Shown: piece after piece, positions 24,701 through 35,188 of the stretch | Layout of the letters: every line of letters begins with the position of its first letter | How positions within the stretch are numbered: position 1 is the stretch's first letter | Origin: Paragordius varius | Lineage: Eukaryota; Animalia; Nematomorpha | Direction: 5' to 3' | DNA: 64,000 bases | Assembly: GCA_964247055.1 (NCBI GenBank) | Contig: OZ176051.1 | Coordinates: 9,858,001-9,922,000 of the forward strand | Program-made: the position numbers and the translations under genes | The notes under the pieces: model-generated | The model's database searches: none | What the model was told of the DNA's origin: nothing | The model's input: the letters and a program-made list of their open reading frames with translations, nothing else

Positions 24701-27700
24701 AAAAATTTGTTGTCTAGTGTAATGGTAATTTCGCGCATTTTTTGAATGAATGAGAAAAACTGATAAAAGGTAGAATATTATTAAAAATAATTAAGAATTT
24801 TTCGTTTGTGAAGTTGCGTCAGATGGGTCGAACTCGCGCGCATATAAATAAAAAAAATCCAATTTTTAATAATCGTAGAATATTAAAATATTTTATTAAT
24901 TGTAGAAAAAAAACTAATCATTAATGCAATTAAATTTAAAAAATCATTTTTTTTCGGACACAATGGGAGGATATTATACCGTTTACTTTATAACAACCAT
25001 GGTCATTATGGAGGACATACATAATATTTAAGGATATATTATAAGATCTTAGAGGTCGAAAAATTTAAAAATAATTTCCTTACTATAAAAATTAATCTTG
25101 ATCTGTTGACTGCACAGAAGCGGGGTGGTTTAGTAAGAAGGGCTCTTGACGCTTACACTGTTTGTGCGGACTGCCAGAGTTCAACAACTAAAAACTGCGC
25201 AATTTTTCGATTATCAGCGTAAGCTATGGGCAGGCGAGTGTCAAAGCTTTAACAAGTCCGCAGTTAAATTTTTACCCTTAAAAAAAGGATAAAGTGACTC
25301 TAAACTAAACTATATATTTATCTGTTATCCAAACAAAATTCACTATAATAATTAATTAATTACCTTGTGAAATATGTATAGCAAGGGGGAAATCATCAGG
25401 TATCCCGAAATTACAATCATTAATGCAACCACCCATATTGATTCAACAAGATATGTATCGATGTTGGTTGACAATTTTATATCCTTGTATATATAAAATA
25501 TTATATATACCCACTAATCGTAATTAAAAGATGTCTATTCATAATCAAAAAACAATTTTATACCCCATTATAACGATTTCAAGTGATAAAACTATACTTT
25601 TTAAGTAACTAGAAAAATTTTCAAAGTTAATTTTCCATTTCCTTAGGCTTAATTTCTAAGAGATTTTTACTTGTTACATAATCATTGTTTCGATGCTGTC
25701 ATATAGCGGGATTTAACTTTGAAAATATATTGAAAAGAGAAAAACTAAATGGCATAATTAAGCATGTATTTCATAATTTTTCTTAAAAATCCATGTTTAC
25801 TAAATTAATTTAAATTATAAATTAATTCTCTTAATATATAACTGTATCACCACTGAGAAATTAATATAATTTTAAACTAAAGTTTGCCTAGAATTTAATT
25901 AAATAAACCATATTTAATGTGAATATGTTGTTTTTATCGAAATGTTAAAAGACGTCGCATCTTTTTTACGCATATTATTTTCATTGAAAGCCATGCATTT
26001 ATATATACCATTTACAGTTCTATTCAAATTCACCCTTGAACAAATCGAATTCACCCTAAAAGAAATTATGTGTTTTTAAGATTAAAAATTACCTATATTT
26101 TTTATTTTAAAAAAATAAAATTACGTATAAAATTAATATAATACTGAAATAATAATAAACTATGCCATAAGAATATATTTTATATTGATGAGTTAAATTA
26201 GCCCGAAAACACATAATTTTTTTAGAGTGAATTTAAATTGTTCAAGGGTAAATTTGAATTGTTCGAGAGTGAATGTGAATTGTTCAAGGGTGAATTTGAA
26301 TTGTAAATAGTATACTATAATTCATTATCATCAAATCCATGTCCGTAACAATAATTTACATATATTCAAGCTTCAAAACTTTAACTTAGAACAGAATATT
26401 TATTATTATAGGACTATTCACACAATAAACCCATTAAATTATTTTAGCCTATTTATTCTACTATGTGCAAATACTATAAAATGCATATAATACCATATTT
26501 TTTGCTTGTGTTTTTGGCAGATCATGAGACATTTGCCAAATACGTGTAAAGAAAATTGTAAACATGATTCCAATTGGTAGCCCAAATTTTTCGTTTAAAT
26601 TGTCCACCCAATGCTTTATTTTGATAATTTCCTGGAAAATATAGTAAAAATTGAAAAACAAAGACCGCTATACCTTACTTGATTTTTTTTAAATAGCAAA
26701 TTATAAAATAGAGATGTAAATTGATAACACAATAAATTATATATATTACAATCGTAATTAAATAATAATCTATCCAAATATCAAATTTAATTTTAATATT
26801 ATTGTATATTTTAGCGGTTTAAACATTTTGTTAAATGAAAGTATATTTGAAAAAAAAACCTGGGCCTCGTATTTGACCTTGTGCACCCTATAACTTTATC
26901 TTTTTTGAATGGAAAATTAAATTTAAAAAAGAAATGTAACCACACGCGTAACCTTCTTTGCTGCATCCAAATCAATGGATTTATTCAAAATGCCTTCCTT
27001 TGTTTCGCATAACAGAAATTGTAAACAGTGCAGTAGAATCAGGTAAATGAAAAAGACAGTCGCCAGCATAATGTGTTGATACAGAATAGTGCTATTGACA
27101 GATATTTGGAGCACTTGAGACCTGAGTATACGTTGCAAAAATTTAGTAATACAATCTGGTAAGATATGGTAGGTTTTGAAGTTACCTCATGACAATGATT
27201 ACTTTAAAAGCAAAACCAGTCAAAATTTATTTATGTATAGAAGATAAACCAAGACTATTAAATAATTTGTGAGCTTCAGAGCTGATCCATAATTTAATAT
27301 GTAATATAAATATTACAATAATATAATAAATTATAATATAAATTTTAGTTTATTAGTATATTATTAACGGTTAAACGGCATTCATAAGCTGCCGGACTGG
27401 TCATTGATATTTTAACCGATAGTGTTGTAGGCCAACAAATGTCTGAAAAAACTCCTTTATACTATTATACAATTCCCGTAATTCATTTATATTAAAACCA
27501 AATTATATTTTCTTATATAGTAGTGTGTAAATTTAGGTCACCTTAATTTTTTAGATAAATTCTCATGATTAAACTTTCAAAACCTAAAAAAATGTTCGCA
27601 ATAGTAGAAAAATAAATGAAAAAACAGCTGATTCATTGCGATAAAATTCTGTACAGGGAAAAGCTTAAATTTTTAACATCAAGTAGTTAATACCAAAAAT

Positions 27701-27835
27701 TAAAATTTTCTACCCGCATTTTTATAATTACAATTGATAATATGTTAAAATCAAAAACACTCCGAGTATCATTTAAAAAAAATATCATCGATATGTAATA
27801 GTTTAAGAGCTAACCCTATATTTAATACACTTTGG

Positions 27836-27872
<37 letters not shown>

Positions 27873-30800
27873 AAAATAATCAATACCAAAAGCCATCCGC
27901 CACATCGTTTACCAAAATATTTAGGAATCTAATCGTTAGCCCAAACGTTAGGATAGTTAACCAAACCATTACAAACAAAAAGAGCTGTGAAAAATAATTC
28001 AAACACACTTTTTTGCGGTAACCGTTTCGTTTCTTTGTTTGTCCAATACTTATACGATGTTTCATGGCCGTGGACGTGTGTGTGGGCGAACTTGTAGTTG
28101 AGCCAGATCCCTCGCTGCTGTGCAACGAATCTGAAAGTAAATTTTCTGGATGCAATGCTTCTTCTGCCACGAGCGACGGATTGAGTTTTAAAAATGTCTC
28201 AATTTTTGTTCAAAAAAATAGATTTAAAGATTTTTCAAATGGTATATAGTAGTTAAAACCAAATTTTTATTTAATGTTGAAAAATTCTTGATAAGGATTA
28301 CAAAATTGAAGTATACTTATAAAATTGATTAAATATATATTTAAACGACTCAGAAAAAGTAAACATTATAAATATTATTTTCGATATTAATTATTAATTT
28401 TTTGGCATGCAATGTTTTATTTGATTACTTAAGTACTTAATTTATCAGCGTAATATCTTTACCCCAAAATCTAGGCCCAAAGGATTTAAATAGAGTTTGG
28501 CACCTTAAATTCTAAGCAAGCCAAGTTTTACCTATAAACTCTATTACCAGTATTAATAATCATTATTGTTAGCTATAAATGATAACCTATACATTTATTT
28601 CAGCCTTTAGCATAAGTTTAGTGATTTTCGTTGTTGTCCAAGACAAATGACTTCGCGGGCCGCATTTTTGGATCAAAAAACCGGACGGGCATTTAAATAT
28701 GAGCATTTACAAATATTTAGTTAAACATGAAGTATTATCATTTATTTTAGCAATTTTTGCTCGTTCATTGCCAAAATTCGGAACAATTTGAAACTTTGTT
28801 TCAAAAAATTACTTTTACTTAGATTAGTAGAATCTTGCATTTTAAATTTCTCGCGAGCTGAAGAAATATTTCGGAGACTATCATCAGCCCGCCAGCCGCG
28901 TGATGGACCATCCTTTAATTAATGTTTTATGGCTAAACAAAAAGCATTTGTAAATGTTATAATTGGTCTAATTATATATAATTTATAATACCGTTTCAAG
29001 AAGCGTATGAATTAATTCCCAATCTTTGTACCTCAGCAGATAAAAACAGTAAATGTACAGAAGTATAGTTAACAAGTCCAACAAAACAAATTTGTTTTGC
29101 GTAAAAGACAATCTTATAATGCCCCATATTTCATTGGAAACAGGTGGTTGGGAGAAACCGTTTTTGGATTCATGTTTCCAACATACAGGACTCTATACAT
29201 AATTGGAAAGCACAATTTTAAAGAGCGAAAGAGCTTATATTTAAATTAAAATATAATTCACGGAGTAATTTATCACTGCTAGTTTCTCATTACAAGAAAG
29301 TGTAATAAAATACTTTGGATTTAGAGAAAAGCACATTAAAATGCCTCATTTTGTTTTATTTACCACCCTATTTTCATTTTATTCATCATAGTACAAAATA
29401 TAGAATTCAACAGATTATATATAAAAATAAATAAATTATTTATTGATGCTTCAAAATATGTTATTTTAGAAAGAATATTATGCTGTGCTGACTTAGACTC
29501 GGTTTTTTGTCAATATTTTTTTACATTTGTTTCTTAATATATATATTAGGAAATATTGCAGGCAAAGATAACACTAGTCAACAAGGTTTTGCACCACCCC
29601 ATTATTTTTGCATTTTCTGATACCTAATGGCATGGAAAGGCCAAAACAAAAAAGAAAATTGAGGCCACCAATAGGATTTTTCCAAAATTTACTTTTTAAA
29701 TTTGTATTTAATTTAAAAATAACAATCATTCCTCGTGTACATATGTTTAAAAATACAAACAAGCAAGTCGATACAAGTAATATTCCATGCATGGATAACA
29801 AATTCTAGGCATTAAATAAGATACTAAACAAGCTAAGAGCCAAATTATTAAAATTTTAAAAGGGGCTTATATATAGTGTGATAGATATAGGCGGCTGCAC
29901 AAGCTCTGCATATCCCCCAAGCGATCCTATAATTATGCCAGATATGGCAAAGATAACAATAAGTAATCGTAAAGTCCGATAAGAGAGACTTGCAAGCAAA
30001 ATCTGGCAAATTGACGTCCAATTAACCAATTAACAGAATAAAGTTAGATAGATTCTACAATTAAATTAAATATAAATTAGGTAAATACAAATGGTCCAAC
30101 CCCATAACAGTAAATTCTACTAAAAGTGGCTACACAACATCTATCTAAAATTCAAAATACAAAACAACCAATAATTTCAAAAAAATAAGGTATATCCACT
30201 AGGTATAAATAAAGGATTTTTTATAAGAACCAACTCAAGAGAAAAAGTCTAATAAGTACTCGAAAGAACGAAATCTAACAAAAAAATATAACCTATCTGA
30301 AAGCCGAAGGTTTAAACCATAGAATGCCTTTTTTAGTATTTTTTTTAAAAAATTTTTATATGTGTTAAAAATTCACTTGAAAAAAAAAGACTAAATTTTG
30401 ACGTTTAAGTCCGTACTATTTTTTTCTCTCTGATATTTAAATGACATATTTATATTCAAAAGATAGAGTTTAAAACGCTTTATTAAATGATATTAAATTT
30501 ATAATATAATAACATTTTATTATAAAGTTATATTTAATTTTCTCTCGATTTTCTCTTGTTTTTGAAAAATTGAAAAACCTATAAAATTTCAAATTTTGAT
30601 TGGCGGGATCAAAATTTTTTTCAAATTCGGTTTTAAAACACTGAATGAGTGGTGGTGCTTAAAAATGTCCAAATTTGTCGACTAGTGTAATAATAAAAAA
30701 TATAATTTATGGATTTAGATTAAAGTGTAAATAAACTTGCATATATGGTTGCCACAAGTTAGTGTTACAATTATAGGCCTCTGGCAAACTCAAAATCAAA

Positions 30801-31229
30801 ATTAGAAACACAATCGCTGGATAAATTAAATTGATCGTTCGAATCAGTATATTAGGCTGATATATTATTACTGATTTGGAATAAAATGGGCGCCATCCCA
30901 ACATGCACATGAGGAAATGTAATAATTTAAAGGCCTAAACAAAAAAATATTTAAGATATCCTGATTAAAAAAGTTTTTAGAAAATTAATTACCTTGTGTC
31001 TATAATATGTGGTAAAGACGCTAGCTGAATGAATATTTTGATTTTCATATTGTGATGATTTAGTTAATATTTGTTCTGGCTGGCCATCTACGATTTTTAT
31101 TGGAGACGTATTAGCGCTCGAACCGGAGAAAAATAAATTTAAGGGATTCAATATAGTTTTAAGACTTTTTCCATTTTCTTCCGGGGGAATAATGTTAATT
31201 ACTAAAGGTGATTGAGGTTGTTTATCCAT
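21723..31229 (-). CDS. Uncharacterised multi-pass membrane protein, putative GRL/DUF3537-like 7TM ion channel
   Basis: Exons approx 31229-30993, 30934-30737, 29192-28992, 28197-about 27885, 27155-26953, 26631-26494, 25483-25364, 21953-21723. Most junctions are phase-compatible GT-AG; the 27885/27155 join is unresolved. About seven hydrophobic segments. Motifs LMCMLGWRPF, LLRYKDWELIHTLLETTFL, WVDNLNEKFG and ASKL...GQE...PY...DSFLIY. The family label is recalled similarity, not a search result. Confidence 0.7.
22570..23345 (-). pseudogene. 5'-truncated, degenerate RTE-clade LINE in an intron
   Basis: Translation includes CKYLGAILPANGSLTLDINLRIRNSWANYKKVSSVLCD..KVKGKIYSTVVQPTMMY. Locally higher GC. 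Confidence 0.85.
25121..25262 (+). mobile_element. Putative tRNA-derived SINE
   Basis: A-box-like GGTGGTTTAGT and B-box-like GAGTTCAA. The body AAACTGCGCAATTTT...TGGGCAGGCGAGTGTCAAAGCTTT is shared with 62726-62815 (minus). Confidence 0.55.
26008..26310. mobile_element. MITE family A, copy 3
   Basis: TA|CCATTTACAGTTC...GAATTGTAAATAG|TA, with the same internal sequence and 20-bp subterminal repeats. Confidence 0.85.
28630..28915. mobile_element. Degenerate hAT-type MITE
   Basis: TTGTCCAA...GCGGGCCGCA left end and GCCCGCCAGCCGCG..TGGACCATCC right end resemble Charlie-type MITE termini. No TSD found. Confidence 0.4.
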
Positions 31230-32249
31230 TCTTTTTATTTTTTAAAAAGTGTGTTTAAGACATACCATCCAATTCTTAGGTTGACCATTTAAATTTGAAT
31301 AATGTAAAGGTTTAACCGAAACAAAAATTTGAATAAGACATTTTTAAACCAAATATATGGTTTTGCCGTATATTATTACTACAAATATTTTAAATTTATT
31401 TATTTTAGAAATTAAGTCACTAAATAAAAATGTCGTTAGTTGGGTTACTTATTCAGCACTTTAAAAACTACAGAACGACTAAAAATCCATATAAAGATAT
31501 TTTTTATTTTTAAACAAATTGGATATATTAAAAATAAGCACTAGGTTTAAGACATTATCCTCTAAATGTCAATTGTATTATGCAATTCTTAAAATGAGAA
31601 AACGCCTTGAAATGAAAATTGATAATTTTCCCGATTTCAAAATATTTCTTGATATTAGCAGGAATTTTATGTTATCAGCGGATCCGGTTTCGAAATTAAT
31701 TATATGGCATCTCAAAGCTAATTTTATTGAATATAACTTTGGTATGCGGCTTTATATGGTGATAAAAATGAGGTTTTGGCCTTAAAACAATTTTTTAGAG
31801 AACATATAAGTTAAATACATTAATGGTTATATATGATTGCGCCAAAGAGAGTTGAACCAGTTTTTGAATTATCCCCTCTCGTACCCCTAATTGGGTTTTA
31901 GCAGCTATTTTCTTTAAAATTAAAGCCTCAGTTGAATTCAATTATGGCAGAATACTTTCATTATTAACAAGCTAATTATAATGGGGTATCTTTTAAGTTG
32001 TGTTCAGATCTTTTCTACGGCGGAAAATCGAGTGTTGTATTCTTCTATCATCATTGTCCAACTTTCGCTATAGGTAGGATATCCAGATTTTTTGAAGGAA
32101 AAATCGGGAATCTGAGAGGGGGGGGAGTACAACCAAAAATTTTTATACAAAAATGTATTGTAATATTTATTTATTTTTAACACAAATACATTATAAATAT
32201 AAAAAGATATTTTATTTTTTGGTATATTTTTTATTTGAGTGAATGCGAT

Positions 32250-33830
32250 TTAGCAGATTGTCATCATTTTTTAAAATATTGTAGAAGTCTTCACAAGATT
32301 AATTATATTCTACAGATTAAATGTTTAAAGTTTCAACATTTAAATTTGATTTTTCCGATCTCCACACCTGATTTACTGTGGAAAAAACGCGCCCAGTAGC
32401 AGCGTTCGTTCCAGGTAAAGATATTGCAAATTCCACTATTTTTAAAATATTAATGTATGGAACATAGTTTCAAAATGATGAAATATTTCTAACCATTTCC
32501 TACTTTATTTTTTTCTGTTGTCCATAATTTAAGTTTTTCATTATTAATATATTTTTTAACTATTGATACTTCAGAAAATTACTTTTTGGGAAATTTTGGG
32601 AGATGCAGATATAATCAAATGATTTTGAACATCGCACCAATTAAATTCTGGTTTTAATGTTATTCAATAAATATGATTGTTTTCATTAAATTGCATTGTC
32701 CAGTGTTCCATAATATCTTTAGAGTTTGTATAAAGCATTTTTATATGGTACAGGATATCTTGGCGATTTATTAAGCCTTGTTTTTCTAAATTATTTATAA
32801 TATTGCGGATGGATGGTATAAATTTATTTTTTAACCTTTCTTGACATAGGAATTTTAGGTTACAAACTTCATTGGCTACTTCGATTGGCGCAATTTTGTC
32901 ACCTTCTATCAATTTAATAACATTTTGAAAGAGAGAAGCTTGATTATATAAGAACTCTAACCATATTTTTGAAGAATCACTTTCAAAAAACTTTTTCAAA
33001 GTTGTAGGACATTTGTCCTGCGATCAAAAATAGGATTTCAAGGGATCAAACATTTTTAAAATTCTTTCGATAGCTAGCAGAAGAGCTAACCAACGAGTTT
33101 TACAATATCCAAGCAGTTTCTGATATTGAAGTTCTGAATTTTCACCGAATTCCTTAAGCGTTATAACGCGTAACGTGTATATATAAAAATATGAATATAT
33201 TTTAACAACTAAATTTTTACACCTAGGAGTAACAAATCAGCAGCTGTTTAAATAGCGTTGTGTATTATATGCGCTGCATACCCAACGCCAATAATGTTTT
33301 GATTAATATTATCTGCTAATTTATGAAAAATATTTTTTATTCCCCTCGCTTTTCCACCGAAGTTCGTATTGGTGTTGTCAGCGCAATATGCTTTGATTTT
33401 GTCTTTTAAATTATTTTTTTCTAGAATATTCATTATTGAAGTAAAAATGTCGGAATTTTCACCGGGTGGAGAAATAAAATCTAAAATTTCATTTTTACTC
33501 CGGTGTCTGGATCAAATTTTACTAAAGTGGGGAATTTTGTCTCCTTGTGATTTAATGCATCAGGGTATAGCGATATGAAATTAATTTTTGGAAAATCTTC
33601 AGCCTTTGTCATCAGCAAAACCTGGTTTCGCGTGTAAAAGATGACTCAATTCAGTAATTTTAAACGGTTGTGGATATAGTAAACCACAGGGGCAGAGTCT
33701 ACCGTCGTAAATTCAAAACTTTCTGAAAGATATCCACAGTGAATTTGATGATATCCTTTTGTATACCACTGTGAGATGGTTAAGCCTTAGCAAAGTATCA
33801 TATAGATTTTTTGTTTTGAGACATGAAATA
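32250..33830 (-). pseudogene. Degenerate hAT transposase (ADNTNTNFGG type)
   Basis: CADNTNTNFGG, GYAAHIIHN, KTRWLALLLAIERIL and the dimerisation-like LPGTNAATGRVFS, interrupted by stops and frameshifts. Termini not identified. Confidence 0.8.
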
Positions 33831-34289
33831 TTATTTATAAATGATAACAGAAAGTTTGACGAAGAAATTAATAGTGTCAAATGGTGGGTTTATTAGCCTA
33901 CCTTTGTGACATTACTTATAAATTTAGCATTATAAATACAAGTCAAGGGACAAAAATAATAACCCAATTTGCTAATGGATATTAATTTAACATAGACAAT
34001 TTATTTAATTTTATCTAATGAGATGAAATTCAGATTTCAGGAATTAAAAAATATTAAAAATTGCTTAAAACTTGAAAATCCCTGGCATATGGATATATCC
34101 AATATTAAGCAACTTGTTCGGTTTTGATCAGGTGCTATCATTGAAAAATTCATTTTTTAAAATGATTCCAATATGAAGGCTATATTCAAGGAGAATCGTA
34201 GAGTAGAAATATATGTAGTTTGCAAGATGTGTTAAATAAAAAGAAAATATAAAAAAATGTGCTCAAGTTATCCCAACTGTTTTTCCCTA

Positions 34290-34650
34290 CCCTTACACGT
34301 TTGAGACGGCATATTCAAGGATGAAGTATGTCAAGAATACATATAGAAATCGCTTAACCGATTATCATATGGACGACGTATTAAGATTGGCCTGTCATGA
34401 GGCGAAACCAAATTTGTCAAAAATTATTGGTTAATATCAAAATAAATGTTGTTCCAAATATTTTAAGTTTATTAAATGGTGCAAAACGAGTTTTTAGCTG
34501 GATTACATACGCAAAAAATTATTGTGTTAAAGTATAAATATGTGCATATGGGTCAAATACCTATAGGATATTTGCCATTATAATGTTCATGGCCCTCGAA
34601 AAAAAATATATTTAATTTGGCCCTTCAAATTTTTTTGGTGAGTACCACTG
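34290..34650 (+). mobile_element. 3' remnant of a hAT element
   Basis: Peptide YTFETAYSRMKYVKNTYRNRLTDYHMDDVLRLAC (dimerisation domain), followed by the TIR-like end GAGTACCACTG at 34650. Confidence 0.7.
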
Positions 34651-34947
34651 CTTTAGTATTTTTCAAACTCGTTTTGTTTAGCGTTTTATGGAATAAATCT
34701 GTTTTGGTAAATTAATAAACCTGTTCAAGGAAAAACGTTAAAAACTTAAAATTAATATTAAAAAAAAATTCTGCCTTATATTTACAAATTGTGTAAAAAG
34801 AATATGTACAAGAATCATAAATTAAATGGGTGTGCAATTAATCATACTTTTAAATAATTGTTTGATATTTATAGGTAAATCGTTATATACATTTTATAAC
34901 AATTTATTTTTATTTAAAAACAAACCAAGCAGAAAACCATAATTATA

Positions 34948-35151
34948 TTATTTCTGTGAATCTTTCAGTTTTTTCTCCAAGGTATTGTATAAATCAAAAA
35001 CATTTTGATCCAGCATGTAAACAAACATAACTAAACCAGATCCTCCCCAAAAAGCTGTCGTTGGTAACCTAAAAAAATATAAAAAGTTAAACCAAGTTCT
35101 TGCCCAACCAACGTCTCGTCTCAAATGCTTTGCTAAATTCATGCTTACCAT
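34948..35151 (-). CDS. UQCR11: Cytochrome b-c1 complex subunit 10 (QCR10)-like
   Basis: Removing the 24-nt GT-AG intron 35092-35069 gives ...ARTWLPTTAFWGGSGLVMFVYMLD..., matching the W-x-P-T-x-x-x-W-G single-TM pattern of UQCR11. Confidence 0.65.
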   Translation of the reverse strand: MVSMNLAKHLRRDVGWARTWFNFLYFFRLPTTAFWGGSGLVMFVYMLDQNVFDLYNTLEKKLKDSQK

Positions 35152-35188
35152 ATGCTTTAAAAATTAAAAAGCCGCATATTTTAAATTT

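Noticed and set aside
24637-25060. Hydrophobic frames as terminal exons of the 7TM gene
   Set aside because: The exon at 21953-21723 joins in phase and supplies a more convincing final helix.
29574-29801. ORF as exon 3 of the 7TM gene
   Set aside because: The exon at 29192-28992 has phase-compatible splice sites on both sides and fits the flanking protein better.
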